DNA of 62,635 bases, the filler included. It is 6 parts of 6 records of this genome, joined end to end, with 100 filler letters (N's around TTAATTAATTAA, not from the genome) between each part and the next. Parts side by side here need not be neighbours in the genome. Positions count along the whole stretch, not along the records: positions 1 to 8,540 come from SRR20825019_639; positions 8,641 to 27,994 come from SRR20825019_643; 4 more parts are not named here. One strand, written 5' to 3'. The notes under the pieces were generated by a model, which ran no database searches, was not told the DNA's origin, and was given only the letters and a program-made list of their open reading frames with translations. Positions 1 to 9,641 of the stretch are shown piece by piece. How positions within the stretch are numbered: the first letter of the stretch is position 1; each line of letters starts with the position of its first letter. A program made the translations under genes and the position numbers.

Positions 1-1941
1 AGATTGAATTTTTACTAGTTCGGTGAAAAATTCCTGTAAAGCTTTATAGGCTTCTGGCGCAAAATTAGGGTTATTTAATTTTACACTTAAGCGAATATTT
101 ACTTTGCTTCCTGAAACATCGTACACAACAGATAACTCGCCATCATTTTCTGGAAGTTTTAAAAGTTTGTTTGAAGGAACATTCACAATCTCGTAAAAAT
201 CTTTCGTATCTATAGAAATTAAATAGTTGTTTATAATCGGGAAACCAAAATCAATTGGATAGGACCTTGTTTCACTTTTAAAAGGATTTTCAGAGAAAAA
301 GGTTTGCATTAAAAAGGGATATACAAAGAGTTTGTCGCCAACAACTTGCTGATGAAGTGAAATGTCATAGTTTTCTTTGTAGGGTTCTTCTAAATCTTTT
401 TCATTTTCAATAACCAAATTGGAAACTTCAAATACTTCATTGCTATTTTGTTTTCTTTTAATAATTTCTTCTTTTGTGAAATCATTATTTTCTTTACGTT
501 TATTAACAGCTATGTATGCAGTGGAAACTTCACTAGCTTTTCCAGAAAAATATCCAAATTCGTCTACAGAAAGTTGCATATTTACGTAATGCATGTTTTT
601 AGCAATTGGTGTAATGGGTTCCCAATAACTTCCTTTTTTAAAATCAAGCACACGCCCTTGGATGCAAAGATCTCTAAAAGGTAAAACACCAAAAGGTGTG
701 TGTTTGTCTGTAGCGTCTAAGAAATATTTTTCATTTCCTATTTGAAGAAAAACAAGTGCATAAATAAAATTACTCATCACAGGATATTGCATGGTTGGCA
801 TAGGATAATCACGTGTTGAAATCAATAGTATTTTGGGATCCATTCCAGCTGCTTCAAGGGCATTGATTAGGGAAAGGTTAATTTCTGAACTATTTCCAGA
901 TTTGCGCTCAAAAGCTTCTTTTACACGAACTTCAGATAAAATGCGGTATTTGCCATTCCACGCCATTTGGTTTTGAATGTAATAATAGATTGCTTTTGCT
1001 TTTTCAAGATCAGTAGGTTTTGCGTATAAGGATGCAGGTAATGCATCTTTAAAATAATTGGCGTATTTAAGCTGTCTCCCAAAATCTTTATCGTATTGGT
1101 AATAATCATCAATGTCTTTCCAGCTGCGAGCGAATGGGTGTTTGCTTCTATTAAAGTCTACATATTCAATTAACTCATACCGCATGCCTGCTAAATAGTT
1201 AGTTGACGAAAGCATAAAGTCTTCCTCCTTGGCAGCAGGTACATTTTTCATTGCATAGGTGGCAATTTCGCACTCTGCTTGTACATCAAACCCCTCAATT
1301 GAAAAGCATGCTAAGGTTTTTTTTGCTTCATTAATATAAAGCTTTAGATTTCCGTATAAAATTCTATTATACTTATAGTTTCCTGGTAACTCGGTATGAA
1401 ATTCTGAATATATTTTTGGAAGTGATCCTTGAAATTGCCATCCGCCAAAATTTGAATAATAACCAGATTCAATTCTGTAAGTGTATTCTAAAATACTTCC
1501 GTCTTTAATATTAGGAAAAGTGAATTTTTTTAAGGACCAATATGGATTTTCATCTGTTTCGAAAATATCGGAATCCTTCACATAACTTTTTGTGAGCCCG
1601 TTATGTGTAATTGCTGTGATTTTTGCAACGATTTCACCGCTATTTTTTGGGTTATAGTATGGTATAGTTACGGTAGCTTGATCAAATTTGCTGGCATCAA
1701 GTACTTTAATTTTTACGTGAACTTCTTTTATCAACTTCACATAATTCTCCACTACAGCAAAATAATTTTTCCCACTTTCAAAAAGCACTACACCTGCAGC
1801 TTCGGGATCTTTTGGGTATTCATTTAGTGCAAAATCTTCTTGAGAAGGCTCTCCAAATTCTGCTGTTTTTCTATTTTGTGAAAAAGCAACTAGACTAACA
1901 AAAAAGGCTAAAATGAAAGAAGTTTTTTTAATTGATGGCAT
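1..1941 (-). CDS. DUF3857 / transglutaminase-like domain protein (3' end runs off the window; not in the ORF track)
   Basis: ATG at 1941 gives MPSIKKTSFILAF... (signal-like). The same frame ends ...QEFFTELVKIQS at base 1. It parallels the upstream paralog, e.g. KSGNSSEINL vs KIGSVPEINL. Confidence 0.85.
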   Translation of the reverse strand, partial: MPSIKKTSFILAFFVSLVAFSQNRKTAEFGEPSQEDFALNEYPKDPEAAGVVLFESGKNYFAVVENYVKLIKEVHVKIKVLDASKFDQATVTIPYYNPKNSGEIVAKITAITHNGLTKSYVKDSDIFETDENPYWSLKKFTFPNIKDGSILEYTYRIESGYYSNFGGWQFQGSLPKIYSEFHTELPGNYKYNRILYGNLKLYINEAKKTLACFSIEGFDVQAECEIATYAMKNVPAAKEEDFMLSSTNYLAGMRYELIEYVDFNRSKHPFARSWKDIDDYYQYDKDFGRQLKYANYFKDALPASLYAKPTDLEKAKAIYYYIQNQMAWNGKYRILSEVRVKEAFERKSGNSSEINLSLINALEAAGMDPKILLISTRDYPMPTMQYPVMSNFIYALVFLQIGNEKYFLDATDKHTPFGVLPFRDLCIQGRVLDFKKGSYWEPITPIAKNMHYVNMQLSVDEFGYFSGKASEVSTAYIAVNKRKENNDFTKEEIIKRKQNSNEVFEVSNLVIENEKDLEEPYKENYDISLHQQVVGDKLFVYPFLMQTFFSENPFKSETRSYPIDFGFPIINNYLISIDTKDFYEIVNVPSNKLLKLPENDGELSVVYDVSGSKVNIRLSVKLNNPNFAPEAYKALQEFFTELVKIQS

Positions 1942-1977
1942 AGGTGTAAATTTTGTGAGGTTTTTATATCAGAATTT

Positions 1978-3945
1978 TTAATTTTTTTTCAAAGTAAGAG
2001 GTTCTTCTTTAAGCATTGTTACCATGTTTCCAAAATACTCCTTTAAAGATTGATAGGCGTCAGAATTGAAACGATGGTTATTTAGTTTCATATTAAAACG
2101 GATATTTATTTTAGTTCCTTCAGAAATATAGGTAATCGTACATTCGCCGTCTTCGCCAGGGAGTTTAATGATTCTGCTTTTTGGAAGTTGTTCTACTTCA
2201 TAAATATTCTTTAAATCTATGGAAATTAAATAAGTATTTGAAAAAGGAAAGCCAAAATCCATTGGATAGCTTCGCTCTTTTAATTTGAATGGGTTTTCAG
2301 AAATATAGGTTTTATTAAAAAAAGGATAAAGAAATACTTTGTCACCCACAGATTCTGGTTCAATCGAGATAATATAATTTTCTTTTAAAGGGCTTTCAAT
2401 TTCATCACTATTTTCTACTTGATATGCTTCAATCTCTATACCCGATCTTTCTTTTTGTTGTGTTTTTATATAACCTTCAAGTGTTTCTTCTTCAATGATA
2501 TTTCTTTTTTTTAATCCAATATAACCGGAGCTAACTTGGTTTACTTTTCCAATAAAATTACCTGATTCTTCTGCATTTAACTGTGCATTTACGTAATGTA
2601 TATTTTGCTTATAAGGTTCGATTGGCATCCAGTAGCTACCTTTTTTAAAATCCATTACCCGACCCTGTACATTTAGCGCATGAAAAGGAATTACACCAAA
2701 AGGAGCTTGTTTGTTTGTGGCGTCTAGTAAATAGGTTTCGTTCCCTATAATAAGCATGGCTATAGTGTAGTTGAACTTTGTCATTACTGGATATAGTTCT
2801 GTAGGAAGCCCATTCTGCCTTGTGGAGAGTAGCATTAATTTCACATCCAAATCAGCTGCTTGTAATGCATTTATTAGTGAAAGGTTAATTTCGGGAACGC
2901 TTCCTATTTTTTTGTCAAAAGCGTCCTTAACCTCAGTTTCTGAATTATAATAACTGCCATCCCAAGTATAATGGTCTTGAATGAAACTATAAACTGCCTT
3001 AGCTTTTTCAAGATTGTCGGTTTTTAAAAAGATGGAATCTGGGAGATGCCTTTTAAAATAACTTACTTTGTTTAACTGATTACCTATATAATCACCTTTT
3101 TTGAAAAGCCTGTCCACATCTTCCCATTTATTGGAAAATTTGTTTGTTTTGCCATAATGCCCAACAAATTCTATGGGTTCAAAATCTATACGAGATATAT
3201 AGTTACTGTAGGAAAGCATATTATCTTCTTTGTGAAAAGCAGGCACATCTGTCATTGCATATACAGAAGTTACACAATCAGCCACTGAATAATGTTCAGC
3301 AGGTCTAAAACATCTTGGTTCTATTTTTGATGATTGAAAGTATAAAGGCTGTTTACCATACATAACATTCTTATAGCGAAAATTACCAGCGATTTTACTT
3401 ATAAATTCACTATATATCTTAGGGATCTCCCCTTGAAACTCCCATCCGTCAAAATTAAAAAAAAATGGAGATTCAAGTCTATATGTATATTCTATAATAG
3501 ATCCGTCTTTTACATTAGGAAAAACAATACGACAAACTTTACCTATATGAGGTGAGGAAGTGACAAATATTGCGTCAGAAGAAACATAAGTTTTTAGTGG
3601 GCCATTATGGGTTAGTGCGTTATATCTTGTGACTTTTTCACTGGAGCCATTAGAAACTAGTAACGGGATTTCAACTGTGCCTCCATCGTATTTTTTTGAA
3701 TCAAAAATTTTTACTTTTCTGTAAACATTTTTAATCAAACGAATATAATCGCCAACAGTTTCAAATTCATAATAACCCTGTTCATACAAAACAACAGCTG
3801 CGGCAGTAGTATCTTTTTTATATTTCTTTAAATTAAAGTCTTGTTCAGAAGGTTCACCAAACTTAGCTGTTAACCGTTCTTGTGAAAACACAGAAAACCT
3901 AACTAAAAATAAAACTAGAATTAAACAAATTATAGACTTGAACAT
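1978..3945 (-). CDS. DUF3857 / transglutaminase-like domain protein
   Basis: 655 aa with signal peptide; FPNVKDGSIIEYTY, WEFQGEIP, KAKAVYSFIQDH and YLLDAT motifs typical of Bacteroidetes DUF3857-TGase-like proteins. Confidence 0.85.
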   Translation of the reverse strand: MFKSIICLILVLFLVRFSVFSQERLTAKFGEPSEQDFNLKKYKKDTTAAAVVLYEQGYYEFETVGDYIRLIKNVYRKVKIFDSKKYDGGTVEIPLLVSNGSSEKVTRYNALTHNGPLKTYVSSDAIFVTSSPHIGKVCRIVFPNVKDGSIIEYTYRLESPFFFNFDGWEFQGEIPKIYSEFISKIAGNFRYKNVMYGKQPLYFQSSKIEPRCFRPAEHYSVADCVTSVYAMTDVPAFHKEDNMLSYSNYISRIDFEPIEFVGHYGKTNKFSNKWEDVDRLFKKGDYIGNQLNKVSYFKRHLPDSIFLKTDNLEKAKAVYSFIQDHYTWDGSYYNSETEVKDAFDKKIGSVPEINLSLINALQAADLDVKLMLLSTRQNGLPTELYPVMTKFNYTIAMLIIGNETYLLDATNKQAPFGVIPFHALNVQGRVMDFKKGSYWMPIEPYKQNIHYVNAQLNAEESGNFIGKVNQVSSGYIGLKKRNIIEEETLEGYIKTQQKERSGIEIEAYQVENSDEIESPLKENYIISIEPESVGDKVFLYPFFNKTYISENPFKLKERSYPMDFGFPFSNTYLISIDLKNIYEVEQLPKSRIIKLPGEDGECTITYISEGTKINIRFNMKLNNHRFNSDAYQSLKEYFGNMVTMLKEEPLTLKKN

Positions 3946-4098
3946 GGGTGAGGTTATTATTTAAACCGACAAAATAATGTATTTATCGAAAAGTTTCTAA
4001 ATATAATTTTTTTTTATCAAAATCTATATTTCAGTTTATAATATTGCAAGACTTAATTAAAATGATTGAATAAAAAATCATTTACTAAAACAAATATT

Positions 4099-4911
4099 AT
4101 GAAACTATTAAACTCCCTCGTTTTTTCCTTTTTAGCCATGAGTATGGTTAATTCTTATTCACAAGTAGTATATACAGATATTAATCCAGATGCCACAGCA
4201 ACCATTATGTTTCCAGGTAGTCAATTTGACGTTGTTGAAATAGATTTTGATGGTATGAATGGTTCAGAATATAATTATAGATGGGATGCTACCCCACAAG
4301 ATTGGTTTTTACATATGACTTCAACAGGAAGCCAAATGAATCTTAAAGGAGCTACAACCAATCCATTTGGAGCAAGATATATTGAGCCAATGATGGAAGG
4401 TGATGTAATTGATTCTTCATTAAACTGGGGATATTCTGGTCCTGAGCCTTTAATTGGAGACGTAAACGATTCAAATTTTCAAAGCTTAGGAGATCGTTTT
4501 ATTGGCTGCCAATTTACAATTGGGTCTAATACACATTACGGATGGGTACGAGTTTCTTTAGATGGAGATTTAAAGCTAACAATAAAAGATTATGCATATG
4601 AAAGTACTCCAGATAAAGCAATAAACGCTGGTGACGCAAGTACTACTGCGGGCGTAGCCGATTATGATTTTAATTCGCTTTTTAATGTATATCCAATTCC
4701 TGCTTCAAATGTTTTGAATGTTTCACCAAAAAACTCAACAACTATAAACAATGTAAGCATTGTAACTATAGACGGACGCCTGGCATACACATCGGCTGCT
4801 AATTATGATGTTTCAAAAGGCATTGATGTTTCTGGATTAAGCCAAGGAATATATATATTAAAAATTGAATTTGAAGGTAGAATATTGAATAAGAAAATCA
4901 TCATAAAATAA
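4099..4911 (+). CDS. T9SS type A sorting domain-containing secreted protein
   Basis: ATG at 4099 followed by a signal peptide; C-terminal VYPIPASNVLNV...IDVSGLSQGIYILKI...KKIIIK is a T9SS CTD. Confidence 0.85.
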   Translation: MKLLNSLVFSFLAMSMVNSYSQVVYTDINPDATATIMFPGSQFDVVEIDFDGMNGSEYNYRWDATPQDWFLHMTSTGSQMNLKGATTNPFGARYIEPMMEGDVIDSSLNWGYSGPEPLIGDVNDSNFQSLGDRFIGCQFTIGSNTHYGWVRVSLDGDLKLTIKDYAYESTPDKAINAGDASTTAGVADYDFNSLFNVYPIPASNVLNVSPKNSTTINNVSIVTIDGRLAYTSAANYDVSKGIDVSGLSQGIYILKIEFEGRILNKKIIIK

Positions 4912-4939
4912 TCCCCACAATATTTATTTTGGTAATAGT

Positions 4940-4992
4940 CCAAGCCTATTTTCTTTTTGCTTAACGCTCAGAAAATAGGCTTGGTTTTTTTT
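4940..4992. terminator. Intrinsic terminator between convergent genes
   Basis: 15-bp perfect inverted repeat CCAAGCCTATTTTCT (4940-4954) / AGAAAATAGGCTTGG (4970-4984) followed by a T-run. Confidence 0.8.
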
Positions 4993-5011
4993 AAAAATTA
5001 ACTGAATGTAA

Positions 5012-5392
5012 CTATAAAGTTTTTTGTTTACATAGTAATTTTTCAAATACGAAAATTAACAGAAACCCAATAAAATAAGCCGCCAAATCATAAAAATCAA
5101 ATACAGAACCTACTAAAGTTAATATAATTTCTGAAGAAATATTTAGTTTTTCAGTTATTTTAAAATATTGAAGTATTTCCACAAAATAGGCAAAACACAA
5201 AACCAATACTGCCGTTTTTAAAACACGCTTCTTGCTAAAAATCTTCAAAAAACTATAAAGTAGAAGAATGACCAACACATCTCCCAAAAAACCTCTAATA
5301 AAATTATTAAAGTGGAAATAAGCAATTGCAAACTCAATCATGAAAATAATGAAAGCTGCTAAAAGGTATTTCTTGTTTATATAGACTTTCAT
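5012..5392 (-). CDS. DUF2809 family membrane protein
   Basis: Hydrophobic 126 aa; FIRGFLGDVL, VEILQYF and GSVFDFYDLAAY motifs. Confidence 0.75.
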   Translation of the reverse strand: MKVYINKKYLLAAFIIFMIEFAIAYFHFNNFIRGFLGDVLVILLLYSFLKIFSKKRVLKTAVLVLCFAYFVEILQYFKITEKLNISSEIILTLVGSVFDFYDLAAYFIGFLLIFVFEKLLCKQKTL

Positions 5393-6054
5393 CGGATGCA
5401 GATTTGATTTCCTAAATATTTAGGTTTTGTTTCGAAAATAACATCTAGAAAAGCTTTGGTTCTTGCTAAATATTCTCGCATATTCGTTTTTAAAGCATTT
5501 CTTCCTAAAACTTCTTTAGCATTAAAACCTATTGCGCGAATACCGTTTTTACTTGCTAAGAAAACCGCACGTTCATTATGGAATTGTTGCGAAATAACCG
5601 TAAAACTAGTAAGTCCAAAAATTTTTTGTGCCCTTAGCACAGAGTCTAAAGTTCGAAAACCTGCATAATCTAAATATATTTTATTTTCAGGGATTCCGAG
5701 CTTTATTAAATCTGTTTTGAAAAGCGCAGGCTCGTTATAATCATGGTTTCCATTGTCGCCACTAACCAAAATGAATCCGATTTTCCCACTTTTGTATAAG
5801 GCAACAGCAGCTGCAACTCTATTTTGATAATACGGATTTAATAATCCGTTTTTTGTAAATTTTGACGTTCCTAGAAGCAGTCCAACTTCGTTATAAGGAA
5901 TTTTATTTGTGTTTTTATATAGTGTATTTTCAGTTTCAATAAGGATGTAAGTGTCTATGCAAATAATGACAAACATTCCAAATGGACTTAGCAATAAAGC
6001 CCATTTGAAAAGTCTGAAATTATAAAATACTTTCTTTAGAATTACTTTATTCAT
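5389..6054 (-). CDS. sanA: SanA/YdcF (DUF218) family protein
   Basis: GLLLGTSK, ILVSGDNG..YNEP, LDYAGFRTLDS, ISQQFHNERA, REYLAR. The likely ATG at 6054 overlaps the creD stop. Confidence 0.85.
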   Translation of the reverse strand: MNKVILKKVFYNFRLFKWALLLSPFGMFVIICIDTYILIETENTLYKNTNKIPYNEVGLLLGTSKFTKNGLLNPYYQNRVAAAVALYKSGKIGFILVSGDNGNHDYNEPALFKTDLIKLGIPENKIYLDYAGFRTLDSVLRAQKIFGLTSFTVISQQFHNERAVFLASKNGIRAIGFNAKEVLGRNALKTNMREYLARTKAFLDVIFETKPKYLGNQICIR

Positions 6055-7393
6055 TGCTCCAATCAATTCTTCGTGAAGCAAACATAACAATTGCAAGAAT
6101 TAAGAAAAGACCAATACTTCCTACTAATAATGCATAATTTTCAAGCTGAATAATTACATAAATAAAGCCATAAAGTGAAGCCAGCGATGTGCAAATAAGC
6201 AAAGGAAACTTAAAACCTTTCAAAATTGCCCGCGAATAAACTGTTATTAATGCCAAAACCGCAAATGCTGCAATGGAATATGCCTTAAAAAAATTGCTAT
6301 GCTCCGAAATTGAAATGAGTAAGGTGTAAAACATAACCAATGCCAAACCAATCATTACATATTGAAAAGGATGTATGTAAATTTTACTAACTAATTGGAT
6401 AAGTAAAAACACCAACAATGTAAGCCCAATAACCATAAACCCATACTTTGCGGTTCGTTCACTTTTTTGGTATTCATCAACAGGGATAATAAGTTTGGTG
6501 CCGAATGCAGAAGCGCTGAGGTTCGGGAGTTTTCCAAAAAATGATTGTTCAAATTGACGATTTATTTGAAGTATACGCCATGTGGCAGTAAAGCCATCGT
6601 TACTTATCTCCTTATTTGTATCTTCTGGAAGAAAATTACCGTCAAAACTTGGGGAATGCCAATTGGATTTCATGGTAACATCAGTCTCTTTTCCAATAGG
6701 TAGAAACTTTAAACTTTCACTACCATTTATTTTTAAATTGAATGAAAAAGGAAGTGGGTTTTGAAAGATTTCTTTAGCATTTGCAATATAATTACTCTGA
6801 ATAGTACTTAGATATTCTTCGGAATATTGGGGCGTCATTGCATACGCTTCAGCTTCCAGATTTACCACAGGAGTGGTTTTTATTCCTTTTAGGTTTGAGG
6901 TTTTTAAAAGTAAAGTAGCTTTTTCCCAAAGTATGTTTTCATCAGAAATATCCAAATCTGAAAAGTCAATTTTTGGAAGAATCCCTTTGGCATCTATTGT
7001 AGCCGTGTAAACCACCGATTTATAAATACTTCGGTTAAGTGGTTTGGAGTCCACTTGTGAATCAATATAAAGTTTATCTGGGAAGAAATATGCGTTTTTA
7101 ATTATTTCCTTTGTTTTTGTGAAATAAGAATTGCTTTTTTCATTGTAAACCTTTTCTTCTGAAATCACTTTGTAAGGAATTTTCACAATAGGGCCGGAAA
7201 GAAGCACTTCGTTTCCCCATTTTTCGTTTATTTCTTTAACTACTTCTTGTTGTCTAAAAGAACGTTCGTTGATAAGGGTTTTTACAAACTCCAATGGAAT
7301 TAATAATACTAATAATAAAAAACCTACTACGAGCATTCGTGCTGTTATGGAGTTGCGTATCCAATTGCTAAATCTACTTTTTTTCTGTTCCAT
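6047..7393 (-). CDS. creD: Inner membrane protein CreD
   Basis: SNWHSPSFDGNFLP, PVDEYQKSERTAKYG, IHPFQYVMIGLAL, LLISISEH, QLENYALLVGS. Confidence 0.92.
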   Translation of the reverse strand: MEQKKSRFSNWIRNSITARMLVVGFLLLVLLIPLEFVKTLINERSFRQQEVVKEINEKWGNEVLLSGPIVKIPYKVISEEKVYNEKSNSYFTKTKEIIKNAYFFPDKLYIDSQVDSKPLNRSIYKSVVYTATIDAKGILPKIDFSDLDISDENILWEKATLLLKTSNLKGIKTTPVVNLEAEAYAMTPQYSEEYLSTIQSNYIANAKEIFQNPLPFSFNLKINGSESLKFLPIGKETDVTMKSNWHSPSFDGNFLPEDTNKEISNDGFTATWRILQINRQFEQSFFGKLPNLSASAFGTKLIIPVDEYQKSERTAKYGFMVIGLTLLVFLLIQLVSKIYIHPFQYVMIGLALVMFYTLLISISEHSNFFKAYSIAAFAVLALITVYSRAILKGFKFPLLICTSLASLYGFIYVIIQLENYALLVGSIGLFLILAIVMFASRRIDWSNE

Positions 7394-7423
7394 GATTGTT
7401 TTTACTTATTGTTTGTAATATTT

Positions 7424-7451
7424 TAAAGTACTTTGTTTTTCAAAGTAAATA
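7424..7451. promoter_or_regulatory. Operator-like palindrome upstream of creD (copy 1)
   Basis: TAAAGTACTTTG-ttttt-CAAAGTAAATA; core TACTTTG-N5-CAAAGTA; recurs at 8385-8412. Confidence 0.65.
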
Positions 7452-7471
7452 GATAAAAAAATAGTTCCTGT

Positions 7472-7771
7472 TTAGGGACTAGGGGGTTGAATTAATTTTT
7501 CTAGGGCTTCTATATGTTTCTTGAATGCTGCGCGTCCAAGTTTTGTAGCTGTATAAGTTGTATTTGGTTTCCTCCCAATAAAACTTTTTTCCACAAATAT
7601 ATATTCAGCTTGTTCTAGTGCTTTAATGTGACTTGCAAGATTACCATCTGTTACATCAAGTAATTCTTTTAAGCGATTAAAATCGGCATTCTCATTCACC
7701 ATAAGAATACTCATTATTCCCAATCGAATGCGATGATCAAAAAGTTTATTTATGTTATCTATTATCCCCAC
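7472..7771 (-). CDS. Winged-helix (HTH_34, ArsR/MarR-like) transcriptional regulator
   Basis: GTG start at 7771, just after the upstream stop; RIRLGIMSIL...FNRLKELLDVTDGNLASHIKALEQAEYI..K.FIGRKPNTTY..T..G. Confidence 0.88.
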   Translation of the reverse strand: MGIIDNINKLFDHRIRLGIMSILMVNENADFNRLKELLDVTDGNLASHIKALEQAEYIFVEKSFIGRKPNTTYTATKLGRAAFKKHIEALEKLIQPPSP

Positions 7772-7773
7772 TT

Positions 7774-8382
7774 TTAGTTTTTTCGCTCTTTTAAATACAT
7801 AATACCTCCGTAAATAATATGAAAAACGCCAAAGCCCAACAACCAAAACCAAAGTCCATAACCTGGTAAAGCTGCACAAAGCAATCCTACTATTATTTCG
7901 GCGTAGCCTAAATATTTTACGTTTCCAATTGTGTATTTTGAAGCATTTACAAGCGCTAGTCCATAAAAAATAAGCATTAAGGAAGCTGTGAGACCGTAAT
8001 GTTGACTATTTAGTTTGATAATAATGTAAATTCCACCTGTAACTAATGGGATTAAAAAATTCAATAATAAACGTTGCGTTGTTTTATCCCAAATCCTTTC
8101 GTTGTTGCTTTTGGCTTTTTTTGTTGTTATTAAATAAGCTGTAATCACACTAAGCAAAAATACAGAAGCCAGTAGAATTAATAAAAATTTAAATTTCCAA
8201 CTATGAAGCATAAGTGTTTCATCTGGCTTCGGAAAAAGATATAAATAAGCAATCATTGCCCCTATAATTGCATAACTACCAGCAAAGATTCCAGAAAGTC
8301 CGCTAAGAGATATAAATCGGGAGGAACGATTCATTAAATTTTTAATCTCGGTTATGTCATTTAAATAATTTTTATCACTCAT
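7774..8382 (-). CDS. Multi-pass membrane protein, first gene of the wHTH cluster
   Basis: 202 aa with about 6 hydrophobic segments; MNRSSRFISLSGLSG, LIFYGLAL, GFGVFHIIYG. Confidence 0.8.
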   Translation of the reverse strand: MSDKNYLNDITEIKNLMNRSSRFISLSGLSGIFAGSYAIIGAMIAYLYLFPKPDETLMLHSWKFKFLLILLASVFLLSVITAYLITTKKAKSNNERIWDKTTQRLLLNFLIPLVTGGIYIIIKLNSQHYGLTASLMLIFYGLALVNASKYTIGNVKYLGYAEIIVGLLCAALPGYGLWFWLLGFGVFHIIYGGIMYLKERKN

Positions 8383-8384
8383 GT

Positions 8385-8412
8385 TAAAGTACTTTGAAAA
8401 GCAAAGTAAATA
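8385..8412. promoter_or_regulatory. Operator-like palindrome upstream of the membrane protein/wHTH genes (copy 2)
   Basis: TAAAGTACTTTG-aaaag-CAAAGTAAATA, identical to 7424-7451 except for the 5-nt spacer. Confidence 0.65.
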
Positions 8413-8540
8413 TAAAAACTTCTAACCTCCAAGTTTTATTGAATAAAACAGTATTAATTTTAAAACATTTATTTGTTTGTAGGAAAAATCTTTTAAAAAA
8501 AAGGGGGATTTCCCCCTTGACTAGCATTATAATAAGCGTC

Positions 8541-8640
8541 NNNNNNNNNNNNNNNNNNNNNNNNNNNNNNNNNNNNNNNNNNNNTTAATTAATTAANNNN
8601 NNNNNNNNNNNNNNNNNNNNNNNNNNNNNNNNNNNNNNNN
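8541..8640. other. Artificial contig spacer
   Basis: 100 nt of N-run/TTAATTAATTAA/N-run; base composition and apparent taxon change across it. Confidence 0.98.
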
Positions 8641-8745
8641 CCCGGTCATGCAAAATTTGCATAGCTGCTCGGCGCTAAAAATCTAATTTTCACATAGCTG
8701 ATATAATCCTGCAACGGATCGCGGGCATAAAGGTCCTGCGCTCAG

Positions 8746-9480
8746 ATGGCGCCAGATTTTGTATCAGGAGCAATGGAAATGTCCCGCCCGAACTTCTTGT
8801 CCCCAATTTTTAAAACTACGGCTGCTTGTGCCGCGCTTGTAACTGCAACGGCTCTCCCCACTGTTGCAGAAGACCTGAATAATGATGCTCAGTGGAGCCA
8901 AATGGTGCGCCAGGAGCTTGCCAGGGTTCAGAGCTATCCAAGCCGTGCCCTTGAGCAGGGTGTTGAAGGCACCGTCAAGTTGCGTGTTGATGTAACCGCA
9001 GATGGCCGTGTGGCAGACTATTCGATCACGGAAGGCTCAGGCTTTGCGGTGCTGGATCGCGCTGTAGGCCGCATGGCTGCAAAGCTTGACCGGTTGCCAG
9101 CACCAGCAGGCAGCACAGACGCCAGCTTTGTCGTGCCGCTCACCTTCAAGCTTGCAGATGCGCGCACCGTGAAAGCTGAAGCCAAAGACCCTGTAAGCGT
9201 GTGGCGTGATGCTGTGCGCCGCCGTGTAGCCAGCACAGTGTCCTACCCGAAAGACCTTGCCGTTGAGGGTGTTGAAGGCCGCGTGAAAGTTCGCTTGACC
9301 CTCAATGCGGACGGTTCTGTTGAACGTCAGGAAATCGCGCAATCCTCAGGCAACCAAGCGCTGGATGCTGAAGCGCTTCTTCTTGCCAACCGTATTGGCA
9401 AATTGCCAAGCCTGCCCGAAGGGCAAGAGGGCGGCGCAATAGTACTGCCGGTACACTACAAGCTTGCTGAAAACCGCTAA
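8746..9480 (+). CDS. TonB family protein with two tandem TonB C-terminal domains
   Basis: YPSRALEQGVEGTVKLRVDV..DG.V and YPKDLAVEGVEGRVKVRLTL..DG.V, each followed by SG...LD and ending VPLTFKL / LPVHYKL. The real start may be 8773 or 8779. Confidence 0.85.
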   Translation: MAPDFVSGAMEMSRPNFLSPIFKTTAACAALVTATALPTVAEDLNNDAQWSQMVRQELARVQSYPSRALEQGVEGTVKLRVDVTADGRVADYSITEGSGFAVLDRAVGRMAAKLDRLPAPAGSTDASFVVPLTFKLADARTVKAEAKDPVSVWRDAVRRRVASTVSYPKDLAVEGVEGRVKVRLTLNADGSVERQEIAQSSGNQALDAEALLLANRIGKLPSLPEGQEGGAIVLPVHYKLAENR

Positions 9481-9514
9481 GGCGGCTTTCATTCTTTCCT
9501 CTTCCCACACTCTC

Positions 9515-9540
9515 GGGGCGGCTCTGCCGCCCCTTTTTCT
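9515..9540 (+). terminator. Intrinsic terminator
   Basis: GGGGCGGC-tct-GCCGCCCC followed by TTTTT. Confidence 0.75.
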
Positions 9541-9641
9541 ATGAAACTGCGTAGCCCCGCGATCATGCCTTGTGGGTGCCACATCTTTCAGGCAGGCTTG
9601 CCCTCAATCTTCTCTGACTGATTCCAGCTTAAGGAGGTGAT

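Noticed and set aside
8541-8640. TTAATTAATTAA repeated five times in the window as a biological repeat
   Set aside because: Always centred in a 100-nt N spacer, gives stops in all six frames and separates different organisms. It is a concatenation linker, so no cross-spacer synteny or gene transfer was inferred.
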